Shown: positions 8,465 to 17,296, counted from the stretch's first letter. The stretch is DNA of 64,000 bases from Alphaproteobacteria bacterium (GCA_045660045.1 JAZRDB010000014.1:55571-119570), one strand, 5' to 3'. Translations and numbers: made by a program. The notes: a model not told the origin generated them from the letters alone.

Positions 8465-9247
8465 TCAAATATTTTTTGCACCACATCTTTCTGCTTCCTG
8501 ACGACGATATTCATAGGCCTGACAAACACCCTTATGATCTCCTTCTGCTGAGTTTTTTGCGGCTTCACATCGCCCTTTCAAAATTTGAGCTTTTTTGATA
8601 ACTGTAGAACAATCGTCACCCTTAGCATTTCCAGTATTTCTTTCCTTTTCACGATCTTTATCGCATTGTTCGGCCTCTTTACGACGATATTCATAGTCCT
8701 TACAAATACCTTTGACATCTCCTTCTGCGGAAGCTTTGGCTTTGTCGCATCTGGCCTTCAATTGAACCATTCTTTGTTTCACTTCAGAACAAGAAAGCCC
8801 CTTAGCATTTCCCGAACACTTACACTGTCCACCGGGTCCTTTCACACACACCTGTCCTTCTACTTTTGGACATGTTTCCCCAACAATTGTTGTAGAAGTA
8901 GCTCCCCCTGAACCGCTACTAGCCGGTCTTGGTCCAGCCAAAGATGTTGTACATTCTGCCGATTTTGCCACAGCACAATAGCTGCTTCCCTCCGCACAAG
9001 CGGCGCCATCATCATATCCTCTTTCAGCAGCTTCTTTTGCTCGTTGCGCTGCATCACACATCCGCTTGGCACACTTGCACTTATTGTACGTAACACTCTG
9101 ATCTTCCGCACACCACCCTTGAGCACTTTGACAGTTCCACGATGCCTTTACACGTAATTCATGATCTGACATATTTTTTGCATCTCCACCAGCAGATACT
9201 TCACAAGCCATACACAACACACCAACCATTAACAAGTATTTAAGCAT
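8465..9247 (-). CDS. secreted cysteine-rich repeat protein (no family recognised)
   Basis: 260 aa. Signal peptide MLKYLLMVGVLCMACEVSA and more than 20 Cys. The C-terminal half is two copies of a ~50-aa 4-Cys module. Confidence 0.7.
   Translation of the reverse strand: MLKYLLMVGVLCMACEVSAGGDAKNMSDHELRVKASWNCQSAQGWCAEDQSVTYNKCKCAKRMCDAAQRAKEAAERGYDDGAACAEGSSYCAVAKSAECTTSLAGPRPASSGSGGATSTTIVGETCPKVEGQVCVKGPGGQCKCSGNAKGLSCSEVKQRMVQLKARCDKAKASAEGDVKGICKDYEYRRKEAEQCDKDREKERNTGNAKGDDCSTVIKKAQILKGRCEAAKNSAEGDHKGVCQAYEYRRQEAERCGAKNI
8483..8812 (-). repeat. intragenic tandem duplication (2 x ~150 nt with a 30-nt linker) encoding the 4-Cys module
   Basis: Copy 1 is aa 146-195, GNAKGLSCSEVKQRMVQLKARCDKAKASAEGDVKGICKDYEYRRKEAEQC (8663-8812). 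Copy 2 is aa 206-255, GNAKGDDCSTVIKKAQILKGRCEAAKNSAEGDHKGVCQAYEYRRQEAERC (8483-8632). Cys spacing is identical in both. Confidence 0.8.
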
Positions 9248-9333
9248 ATTTCATCCTTTCATCAATATACGAAAAAACACCAACACAATTTCAGTTTATA
9301 TAACTCCTGTGATAATTGCAACAAAAAAATTAC

Positions 9334-9362
9334 TTGCTTTTTATTTTCAAATTACCTACAAT
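9334..9362 (+). promoter_or_regulatory. sigma70-type promoter TTGCTT-17-TACAAT for parC
   Basis: TTGCTT at 9334-9339, 17-nt spacer, TACAAT at 9357-9362. The -10 element ends 6 nt before ATG 9369. Confidence 0.5.
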
Positions 9363-9368
9363 GACCGC

Positions 9369-11585
9369 ATGACAGAACAACAAATGCCAAAAATTCAGGA
9401 ACAACAACTGGCGAACGCTTTGTCCGAACGGTATTTGGCGTACGCGCTTTCCACCATTGTGGCACGTTCTTTACCAGATGTACGGGACGGATTAAAGCCT
9501 GTTCATCGTCGGCTTTTATGGGCCATGCGTCAGCTCAAATTAGATCCCGATAAAGGTTTTAAAAAATGTGCTCGTGTGGTCGGTGACGTGATTGGTAAAT
9601 ATCACCCCCATGGTGACAGTTCCGTTTATGATGCAATGGTTCGTTTAGCACAAGATTTTGCTGTACGCTATCCACTTGTGGATGGGCAAGGAAACTTTGG
9701 CAATATTGATGGAGATGGTGCCGCCGCCATGCGTTATACAGAAGCACGCATGACTCCCGTGGCTTTGGCCTTGATGGAAGGGCTGGATGACAATGCCGTC
9801 GATTTTGATCCGACCTATGATGGCGAAGACGAGGAACCTGTTGTGATGCCTGCGGCTTTTCCGAACTTGCTCGCAAATGGGTCCAATGGTATTGCCGTCG
9901 GTATGGCAACAAATATTCCACCGCATAATGTGGGCGAAGTTTGCGATGCTGCTCTGTACTTATTAAAACATCCTGATGCTTCCACAGAGCGTTTGATTGA
10001 TTTCGTGCTGGGACCAGATTTTCCAACTGGTGGCGTTTTGGTGGAAGACAAAGCCAACATTGTAAAAGTTTATACTGAAGGTCGTGGTGCTTTACGAATT
10101 CGCGCAAAATGGGAACGTGAAGACTTGGGACACGGACAATATCAAATTGTGATTACCGAAATTCCTTATGGAGTGGTCAAGTCCGATTTGATTATGAAAA
10201 TTGCCAAGTTGCTATCCGAAAAGAAATTGCCATTACTCGCCGATATTCGTGATGAATCATCCGACACAGTGCGTATTGTATTGGAACCAAAATCACGCCT
10301 CGTAATTCCGGAACAATTGATGGAACATTTGTTTAAAAACAGTGATTTACAAGTCAATTTTAATCTAAATATGAATGTTCTTACCGCCAACCATACGCCC
10401 AAAGTGATGAGTTTGGCCGAGGTAATTGGCTGTTGGCTTGCCCACCGCGAAGAAGTTTTGATTCGCCGTAGCACTTTCCGCTTGGAAAAAATTGCCCATC
10501 GGATGGAAATTTTACAGGGTTTTTTGACCACCTATTTGAATTTGGATCGCGTCATTGAAATCATCCGTAACGAAGATGATCCGAAGCCATTGATGATGCA
10601 AGAATTCAACTTGACCGACATCCAAACAGAAGCCATTTTGAATATGAAATTGCGCTCTCTGCGCAAATTGGAAGAACAACAACTTCGCAACGAGTTTGAA
10701 GAATTAGCTTTGGAGAAAGCTGGCCTTGAGAACTTGCTTGCTGATGAAGGATTACGCAAATCCAAATTAGCTGAAGAAATCAAACAAATTCAAAAAGATT
10801 TTGGCGTCAAAACGGAACTTGGCAAACGCCGCACACAAATTGCAGGCGCCGTGGCCGAGGTGGAAATGTCTATTGAAACTTTGATTGAAAAAGAAGCTAT
10901 TACGGTTATCTTGTCCAAACAAGGCTGGATCCGTGCATTGAAGGGAAATGCCACAACTGAAGATTTGAAATTCAAGGAAGGTGATTCTTTGGCGTTCAGC
11001 GTCAACACCTACACCACCGATCATATTATGTTGTTTGCAACAAACGGGCGCTTCTATTCGATTTTAGGAAATAATATTACTGGTGGCCGCGGTTTTGGTG
11101 AGCCAATCCGTTTAAGTATAGATTTACCAGAAGATGCTGACATTGTTGAAATGTTTGTGTTTAAGCCTGACCAAAAATTGCTGGTGGCCAGCCAATCTGG
11201 TAAAGGCTTTATCGTTGATTCCAACAACATTATCGCTCAAACACGTGCAGGTAAAATTATTTTGAACTTGGCTGATAAAGACAAAGCATATCTTTGTCGT
11301 GAGGCCAATGGCGATTCCGTCGCCGTTATTGGAAACAATCGAAAATTATTGGTCTTTAAAGCTGCCGAAATTCCAACAATGACACGTGGTAGCGGTGTTA
11401 TGTTACAACGTTACAATGGTGCAAAATTATCCGATGTGAAGTTCTTTAATTGGACGGAAGGCCTGCCCTATCCATCTGGAAACGGTATTCATATTGAACC
11501 AGACATGACCATGTGGCTTGGCAAACGTGCCGCAGTCGGTCACTTCCCTCCAGTTGGTTTTCCAAGAAACAATAAATTCAAATAA
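9369..11585 (+). CDS. parC: DNA topoisomerase IV subunit A
   Basis: Start moved to ATG 9369 (MTEQQMPKIQ...). RSLPDVRDGLKPVHRRLLWAM, GKYHPHGD, and the active-site region AAMRYTEARM. Its length of ~738 aa and short C-terminal domain fit ParC rather than GyrA. Confidence 0.85.
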   Translation: MTEQQMPKIQEQQLANALSERYLAYALSTIVARSLPDVRDGLKPVHRRLLWAMRQLKLDPDKGFKKCARVVGDVIGKYHPHGDSSVYDAMVRLAQDFAVRYPLVDGQGNFGNIDGDGAAAMRYTEARMTPVALALMEGLDDNAVDFDPTYDGEDEEPVVMPAAFPNLLANGSNGIAVGMATNIPPHNVGEVCDAALYLLKHPDASTERLIDFVLGPDFPTGGVLVEDKANIVKVYTEGRGALRIRAKWEREDLGHGQYQIVITEIPYGVVKSDLIMKIAKLLSEKKLPLLADIRDESSDTVRIVLEPKSRLVIPEQLMEHLFKNSDLQVNFNLNMNVLTANHTPKVMSLAEVIGCWLAHREEVLIRRSTFRLEKIAHRMEILQGFLTTYLNLDRVIEIIRNEDDPKPLMMQEFNLTDIQTEAILNMKLRSLRKLEEQQLRNEFEELALEKAGLENLLADEGLRKSKLAEEIKQIQKDFGVKTELGKRRTQIAGAVAEVEMSIETLIEKEAITVILSKQGWIRALKGNATTEDLKFKEGDSLAFSVNTYTTDHIMLFATNGRFYSILGNNITGGRGFGEPIRLSIDLPEDADIVEMFVFKPDQKLLVASQSGKGFIVDSNNIIAQTRAGKIILNLADKDKAYLCREANGDSVAVIGNNRKLLVFKAAEIPTMTRGSGVMLQRYNGAKLSDVKFFNWTEGLPYPSGNGIHIEPDMTMWLGKRAAVGHFPPVGFPRNNKFK

Positions 11586-11618
11586 TGAAATATTTTGAGA
11601 AAATACAAAAAAAATCTC

Positions 11619-11647
11619 TTGAAATCCATCAAAAAAAATGCTAGAAT
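11619..11647 (+). promoter_or_regulatory. sigma70-type promoter TTGAAA-17-TAGAAT for ppdK
   Basis: TTGAAA at 11619-11624, 17-nt spacer containing A8, TAGAAT at 11642-11647. Confidence 0.55.
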
Positions 11648-11729
11648 GCTCGCCATCAAAAAAAGAGGATTTTCCACTTTAAAAGATGAAGAGTGGTTTT
11701 TTTATTTATAGAAGAAGGAAAAAATAAAA

Positions 11730-14393
11730 ATGACAAAATGGGTATATACATTTGGTGACGGCAAGGCGGAAGGCAATGCCGGCATGCGTAATTTATTGGG
11801 TGGTAAAGGTGCCAACCTGGCTGAAATGTCCAGCATTGGATGTCCTGTTCCCCCTGGTTTTACCATTACAACGGAAGCTTGTACATACTATTATGAAAAC
11901 AACAAGTCTTATTCCGAAGAATTAAAGGAACAAGTAAAGGCTGGCTTAGCTCATGTGGAAGCTTTGATGGGTCGCAAATTCGGTGATCCTGAAAATCCAT
12001 TATTATTCTCCGTCCGTTCTGGCGCTCGTGTTTCTATGCCAGGCATGATGGACACAATTTTGAACCTTGGTTTAAACGATCAAACAGTTGAAGGTTTGGC
12101 CAAAGCATCCAACAATCCGAAGTTTGCTTATGACTCCTATCGTCGTTTCATCCAAATGTATTCTGATACTGCGATGGGTGTTGATATCCATAAATTTGAA
12201 GCTGTTTTGGATCGCGTCCGCGAAGAAAATGGCTACAAGCACGATAACGAAATGACTGTTGAACAATTGAAAGAAGTCATTGAAGAATACAAAAAGATTG
12301 GTATTGCCGAAGGCAAACCAGTTCCACAAGATGTGAATGAACAATTGTGGGGTGCTATCGGCGCCGTGTTCGGTTCTTGGATGACAGAACGTGCTGTGTT
12401 CTATCGCAAGCTCAACAACATCCCTGGCGATTGGGGTACAGCTGTGAACGTGCAATGCATGGTGTTTGGTAACTCCGGAGACAATTCTGCAACCGGTGTG
12501 TGCTTCAGCCGTGACGCCGCCACAGGTGAAAACTACTTCTATGGTGAATATTTGAAGAATGCTCAAGGCGAAGACGTGGTGGCTGGTATTCGTACACCAC
12601 AACAAATTTCCCGTATCGGAAATGAACGTCGTCATTTGGATTTGCCTTGCATGGAAGACGAATTCCCAGATGTGTACAAACAATTGTGTGATATTCGTAC
12701 CAAATTGGAACAACACTATAAAGACATGCAAGATATGGAATTTACTGTTCAAGATGGTAAATTGTTTATGTTGCAAACCCGTAACGGTAAGCGTACAGGC
12801 TTAGCCGCTTTAAAGGTTGCTGTGGATATGGTGCATGAAGGCTTGATTACAAAAGAAGAAGCCGTCACCCGTGTTGAACCAGGCCATTTAGATCAATTGT
12901 TGCACCCAATGTTTGACAAATCTGCCAAACGTGATGTGATTGCAACAGGACTTCCAGCTTCTCCTGGTGCCGCCGTTGGACAAATCGTGTTCAGCGCAGC
13001 CGATGCTGAAGCTCAAGCCGCTGAAGGCAAGAAAGTTGTCTTGGTGCGCGTTGAAACATCCCCAGAAGACATTGCTGGTATGCATGTGTCTCAAGGTGTG
13101 TTGACCGCTCGTGGTGGTATGACATCTCACGCCGCCGTGGTTGCTCGTGGTATGGGTATTCCTTGCGTGTCCGGTGTGGCCGATTTACGCATTGACTATG
13201 CTGCTCAAACATTGACAGCTGGTAATATCACATTAAAGGCTGGCGACATGATCTCCATTGATGGTACAACCGGTCAAGTGATGGCGGGCGAATTACCACT
13301 CGTCAAACCAGAAATGGCTGGCGACTTTGGCGAATTCATGGGCTGGGTTGATGAAATACGCACATTGAAAGTTCGTGCCAACGCCGAAACACCACTTGAT
13401 GCTCAAACAGCCAAAGACTTTGGTGCCGAAGGTATTGGTCTTTGCCGTACAGAACACATGTTCTTTGATCCAAGCCGTATCAACCACATGCGTGAAATGA
13501 TTTTGGCAAAAGACGAAGCTGGCCGTCGTCAAGCTTTGGATAAATTGTTGCCGTTCCAACGCGAAGACTTTGTGGCTTTGTTCAAGATCATGGACGGTCT
13601 GCCTGTAACAGTTCGTTTGTTGGATCCACCTTTGCATGAATTCTTGCCGAACAAGAAGGAAGAACAAGAAGCATTGGCCAAACAAATGGGCGTGACAGTT
13701 GAAGAAATCGTGGCTCGCACGAATTCTTTACACGAAGCCAACCCAATGTTGGGCTTGCGTGGATGCCGTTTGGCTGTGGTCTATCCAGAAATTTGTGAAA
13801 TGCAAACACGTGCTATCATCGAGGCCGCTATTGAGGTCTCCGATGCTGGCGTGAAAGTATTGCCAGAAATCGAAGTTCCGTTGATTTCTTCCAGAAAAGA
13901 ATTGGAAATCTGCAAAAAGATTATCGACGAAACAGCCGAAAAAGTGTTTGCTGAAAAAGGCAAAAAGGTGGAATACACAGTTGGTACAATGATTGAATTG
14001 CCACGTGCCGCCTTGTTGGCTGACGAAATTGCAGAACTCGCCGACTTCTTTGAATTCGGAACAAACGACCTCACCCAAACAACATTGGGTATGAGCCGTG
14101 ATGACGCCGGCGCCTTCTTACCACAATACGTGGCGAAAGGTATCTATGAACGTGATCCGTTCCAATCCTTGGATGGTCATGGCGTGGGTAAATTGATTGC
14201 AATGGCCTGCCAAGCTGGTAAATCCACAAATCCAAACATCTATTTGAGCATTTGTGGTGAACATGGTGGTGATGCCGACTCCATCAAGTATTTGAATCAA
14301 TACTTGAACGGTGTGTCTTGCTCGCCATATCGTGTGCCATTGGCAAGATTGGCTGCCGCTCAGGCCGCCGTTGCCGCCAAAAAGGCAAACTAA
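11730..14393 (+). CDS. ppdK: pyruvate, phosphate dikinase
   Basis: 887 aa. MTKWVYTFGDG...GGKGANLAEM, phospho-His region GGMTSHAAVVARGMG, and the C-terminal PEP-utilising motif GLCRTEHMF...FFEFGTNDLTQ. Confidence 0.95.
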   Translation: MTKWVYTFGDGKAEGNAGMRNLLGGKGANLAEMSSIGCPVPPGFTITTEACTYYYENNKSYSEELKEQVKAGLAHVEALMGRKFGDPENPLLFSVRSGARVSMPGMMDTILNLGLNDQTVEGLAKASNNPKFAYDSYRRFIQMYSDTAMGVDIHKFEAVLDRVREENGYKHDNEMTVEQLKEVIEEYKKIGIAEGKPVPQDVNEQLWGAIGAVFGSWMTERAVFYRKLNNIPGDWGTAVNVQCMVFGNSGDNSATGVCFSRDAATGENYFYGEYLKNAQGEDVVAGIRTPQQISRIGNERRHLDLPCMEDEFPDVYKQLCDIRTKLEQHYKDMQDMEFTVQDGKLFMLQTRNGKRTGLAALKVAVDMVHEGLITKEEAVTRVEPGHLDQLLHPMFDKSAKRDVIATGLPASPGAAVGQIVFSAADAEAQAAEGKKVVLVRVETSPEDIAGMHVSQGVLTARGGMTSHAAVVARGMGIPCVSGVADLRIDYAAQTLTAGNITLKAGDMISIDGTTGQVMAGELPLVKPEMAGDFGEFMGWVDEIRTLKVRANAETPLDAQTAKDFGAEGIGLCRTEHMFFDPSRINHMREMILAKDEAGRRQALDKLLPFQREDFVALFKIMDGLPVTVRLLDPPLHEFLPNKKEEQEALAKQMGVTVEEIVARTNSLHEANPMLGLRGCRLAVVYPEICEMQTRAIIEAAIEVSDAGVKVLPEIEVPLISSRKELEICKKIIDETAEKVFAEKGKKVEYTVGTMIELPRAALLADEIAELADFFEFGTNDLTQTTLGMSRDDAGAFLPQYVAKGIYERDPFQSLDGHGVGKLIAMACQAGKSTNPNIYLSICGEHGGDADSIKYLNQYLNGVSCSPYRVPLARLAAAQAAVAAKKAN

Positions 14394-14416
14394 TCAATCC
14401 GATTAGAACCAATAAA

Positions 14417-14446
14417 CCCCGAGTAAAATGCTCGGGGTTTTATTTT
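14417..14446. terminator. bidirectional rho-independent terminator (ppdK / convergent small gene)
   Basis: CCCCGAG (14417-14423) / CTCGGGG (14431-14437) with a 7-nt loop. T-run TTTTATTTT on the plus side and an A-rich tract (AATAAA) on the other side. Confidence 0.8.
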
Positions 14447-14457
14447 ACTTAATTTTT

Positions 14458-14760
14458 TCAACGTTCGTTTTGTTTATCGTTATTCATACCCAAAGCATTA
14501 CCTGTACTTTCGGCCACTTTTTGAATATTCTCTTTTGCCAATTCTCGTCCAACCTGTCGCACAGTATTACGGCTGACAAGCGAACGAAAAATGTCTTTCA
14601 TAGAACGATGAAAATGATGCATCTGGGTCAACATAGAATGCCCTGCAAACAACAACCCACCCACAATCAACAGGCCAAAAAGCAAACCCGTGTTTCCATT
14701 ATCTTTTGCCTCTTGTTGCTTTAAACGATTTTCAACGACTTTGCGCGATAAACAACTCAT
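14458..14760 (-). CDS. small single-pass membrane protein (hypothetical)
   Basis: 100 aa with one TM segment (GLLFGLLIVGGLLFAG) and charged flanks. Its ATG overlaps the stop of the upstream CDF gene (ATGA at 14757-14760). Confidence 0.5.
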   Translation of the reverse strand: MSCLSRKVVENRLKQQEAKDNGNTGLLFGLLIVGGLLFAGHSMLTQMHHFHRSMKDIFRSLVSRNTVRQVGRELAKENIQKVAESTGNALGMNNDKQNER

Positions 14761-15656
14761 TTTTTTCCTTCCTTTTGTTTTGTTTCATCAAATGGCTCCG
14801 CGTGAATTATGATTTCCATGTGCGGATATTTTTTCAAAATCGCATTTTCAATGGCATCCAGTTGCGTATGAGCTTTATCTAAACTTACTTTTCCATCAAA
14901 TTGCACATTAAACTGCACAAATTGTTTGTTACCCCCTTCCCGCGTCCGCAGGGATGATACATTTTTTACCAATGGAACCGATAAAGCTAAACGACGTACA
15001 TCATTTCTAACTTCTGGATCTAATTCTTTATCCATTAGCATGGCGCATGCCTCCTGCATCACGTTCCAAACTGTACAAAAAAGATAAATAGCCACACAAA
15101 TACCAAATGCACCATCCAACCATAACCAACCAAGATATTTCGTTCCCAACAACGAAAGCAAAACGCCCAAATTCATCAAACTATCACCTGCATAATGCGC
15201 CCGATCCGCTTTTATGGACAACGCACGTGTTTGCCGAATGACATAGTTTTGAAATACTACCAAAACAACAGTCAAAACAATGGAAACGATGGATACAACA
15301 ACACCAAAATCTATCCGCTCTATCATTTCAGATCGAATAATGTGTAAAATAGATTCAATCATCAACAAGACAGCCGACACAGAGATAATAAATGCTTGCA
15401 ACAAACAACCAATGCCTTGCGCCTTTCCGTGACCAAAACGATGAGCATTATCGGCAGGTTGAATTGCCTGATGTACGGCAACCATATTAATTAAAGACGT
15501 GATGAAGTCTTGGACCGAATCAAACAGGCTGGACAAAATCGCCACAGATCCTGTTGCCACAAAGGCAATTCCTTTGAGAATCAACAAAAATGTCGTTACG
15601 GATATTGATCCGACGCTTGCCAAAATCATCAATCTGTTTTGTCTTATTTCACTCAT
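14757..15656 (-). CDS. cation diffusion facilitator (CDF) family metal efflux transporter
   Basis: 299 aa with six TM segments. TM2 has the ...SLFDSVQD... (DxxxD-type) motif, TM5 has ...HYAGDSLMN..., and there is a C-terminal cytoplasmic domain. Confidence 0.8.
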   Translation of the reverse strand: MSEIRQNRLMILASVGSISVTTFLLILKGIAFVATGSVAILSSLFDSVQDFITSLINMVAVHQAIQPADNAHRFGHGKAQGIGCLLQAFIISVSAVLLMIESILHIIRSEMIERIDFGVVVSIVSIVLTVVLVVFQNYVIRQTRALSIKADRAHYAGDSLMNLGVLLSLLGTKYLGWLWLDGAFGICVAIYLFCTVWNVMQEACAMLMDKELDPEVRNDVRRLALSVPLVKNVSSLRTREGGNKQFVQFNVQFDGKVSLDKAHTQLDAIENAILKKYPHMEIIIHAEPFDETKQKEGKK

Positions 15657-15750
15657 AGTAAGGAATTATATCATTTTTTTTCATTTTTGCCATAGCTTTT
15701 TTAAAAAAACGTTCTATATTATATAATAGTATGTTGTAAGGAGCTTTAAA

Positions 15751-16683
15751 ATGGCAAATTTATACGATTTATTGGGTGTTTCCAAAGGCGCTAGTGACAG
15801 CGAAATCAAAAAGGCCTATCATAAAATGGCCAAAACGTTACATCCAGACGTGAATCCTGACGCCAAAGCTCAAGAAAAATTCAAGTCTGTTTCAAAGGCG
15901 TATGAGATTTTGTCCGACAAATCAAAGCGGGCACGTTATGACGCCGGCGAAATCGATGACAATGGCAACCCGACACCATTTGGAGCTGGCACCTACGACC
16001 GTGGTGGATCCGGCTTTGGCGGCTTTGGTGGTGCAAGGACCTATCGTCAAGGAAATACAACCTATACCAATATCAACCCAGAAGACTTGGCTGCCATGTT
16101 TGGAGGCATGGGCGGCATGGGCGGCGGCGGTGGCTTTGACTTTGCCGATTTATTTGGCATGGGATCACGTGGCGCCAGAACACGTGCTTACCCGCAATCT
16201 CAAGATGTTCAGTATGACTTAACCATTCCTTTTAATTTAGCTGCTACAGGTGGTGAAACAACCATCAGCTTGGATGGTAAACAAATTAAAATGCGTGTTC
16301 CTGCCGGAGTTGAAGAAGATGGCACTTTACGTCTACGCGGTCAAGGACATAATGGGGGAGATGCTTTGATTAAAGTACACATTCAACCAAGTTCTTTATT
16401 CACACGCCAAGGCAATAATTTAATTGTTAAAGTCCCCATTACCTTAAAAGAGGCAATTGTTGGCACAACTGTCACACTCCCTTTACCAAGTGGTACTGTT
16501 GCAATCAAAGTCCCCCCTTATACAGATGCGGATAAAACATTGCGCTTAAAGGGAAAAGGCATCGGAGGCAAAGGTGATTGCATGGTTCACTTTAATATCG
16601 TTCTCCCGCCTAAAACCAACAAAGAACTAACAAATTTTGCTGAAAATTGGTCAGACCCAACTGGCAACCCAAGAAAATTTTAA
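15751..16683 (+). CDS. cbpA: J-domain co-chaperone lacking the zinc finger (CbpA-like)
   Basis: J domain YDLLGVSKGASDSEIKKAYHKMAKTLHPDVNP, a Gly/Phe/Met-rich linker and a DnaJ C-terminal domain. There is no CxxCxGxG repeat. Confidence 0.75.
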   Translation: MANLYDLLGVSKGASDSEIKKAYHKMAKTLHPDVNPDAKAQEKFKSVSKAYEILSDKSKRARYDAGEIDDNGNPTPFGAGTYDRGGSGFGGFGGARTYRQGNTTYTNINPEDLAAMFGGMGGMGGGGGFDFADLFGMGSRGARTRAYPQSQDVQYDLTIPFNLAATGGETTISLDGKQIKMRVPAGVEEDGTLRLRGQGHNGGDALIKVHIQPSSLFTRQGNNLIVKVPITLKEAIVGTTVTLPLPSGTVAIKVPPYTDADKTLRLKGKGIGGKGDCMVHFNIVLPPKTNKELTNFAENWSDPTGNPRKF

Positions 16684-16693
16684 GAAGCAGACC

Positions 16694-17188
16694 CTATCCG
16701 TTTTGCTTACTTTCAGCGGTATAAGAGACCGTCACTTTCTTATCCTCAGGGCTCAATGATTTGCTCTCTTTGGATTTATTTTCTTTATCATCTTTGGCTT
16801 TATAGCCCCGTCCTTTATTGGCCAAATTAGCAAAAATTTCATTGTCCATGCCCTTGCCATTATCAAAAGAATTTTTTTTCTTTTTGTCGGATGCCTTAAC
16901 AATATCCATTAATGTATTATATTCTTCATCCGTATAATCATCCACCAAGTTAACCGCCGTCTTAACACCACGTCCCTGTAATCCTTCAAACAAAATTTTC
17001 GTCCCGTCAAACCCCAAATTAGAATGGTGCAAATGAAGGGATGTTAGCATCTTATTATGACGCAAAGCATCACGCAATGCCTTTGCTCCATCAATGCCGA
17101 TATTCCCATAATCCAGATTTAAAGTGGTCAAAGTTGGATCGTTTTCTTCCAAGCGAATACATAATTCTTGCAATTCTCGTTGTATCAT
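16694..17188 (-). CDS. RNI-type (ribonuclease-inhibitor-like) leucine-rich-repeat protein with a Lys-rich disordered tail
   Basis: Start moved to ATG 17188, which has an AAGGAG SD; the longer start would lie upstream of the likely promoter. Repeats LTTLNLDYGNIGIDGAKALRDALRHNKM / LTSLHLHHSNLGFDGTKILFEGLQ follow the 28-aa LRR_RI pattern. The tail is KKKKNSFDNGKG...KDDKENKSKESK. Confidence 0.65.
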   Translation of the reverse strand: MIQRELQELCIRLEENDPTLTTLNLDYGNIGIDGAKALRDALRHNKMLTSLHLHHSNLGFDGTKILFEGLQGRGVKTAVNLVDDYTDEEYNTLMDIVKASDKKKKNSFDNGKGMDNEIFANLANKGRGYKAKDDKENKSKESKSLSPEDKKVTVSYTAESKQNG

Positions 17189-17267
17189 ACAAACTCCTTC
17201 TTTTAAAGCATTTTTACCAAACAAAAAAACGATTGTCAAATCTTTTTCAAAAAAAATAAAAAAAAGT

Positions 17268-17296
17268 GTTGCAATTCAAAAAAAAACTGTTTAGAC
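17268..17296 (+). promoter_or_regulatory. sigma70-type promoter TTGCAA-17-TAGACT, with A9 in the spacer
   Basis: TTGCAA at 17268-17273, 17-nt spacer TTCAAAAAAAAACTGTT, TAGACT at 17291-17296. The predicted +1 (~17303) lies downstream of the track start at 17298, which favours ATG 17340. Confidence 0.55.

Noticed and set aside
9559-10107. A 182-aa ORF antisense to parC.
   Set aside because: It is a shadow ORF inside parC with no independent support.
11674-11706. A hairpin (CCACT...AGTGG) plus a T-run in the ppdK leader. I considered whether it is an attenuator or the parC terminator.
   Set aside because: The stem is only 5 bp with a 13-nt loop, which is too weak to call. The T-run is ordinary for AT-rich leader sequence.
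12072-12776. A 234-aa ORF antisense to ppdK, together with other long antisense ORFs (13293..13685 and 13728..14078).
   Set aside because: They lie entirely inside a very well supported gene on the opposite strand. They have no SD or promoter, and their composition is low-complexity and Phe/His/Cys-rich. This is typical of shadow ORFs.
15902-16222. A 106-aa ORF in an alternative frame of the cbpA Gly/Phe/Met linker.
   Set aside because: It is an artefact of the GGC/ATG-rich repetitive linker. The J-domain frame is clearly the real one.
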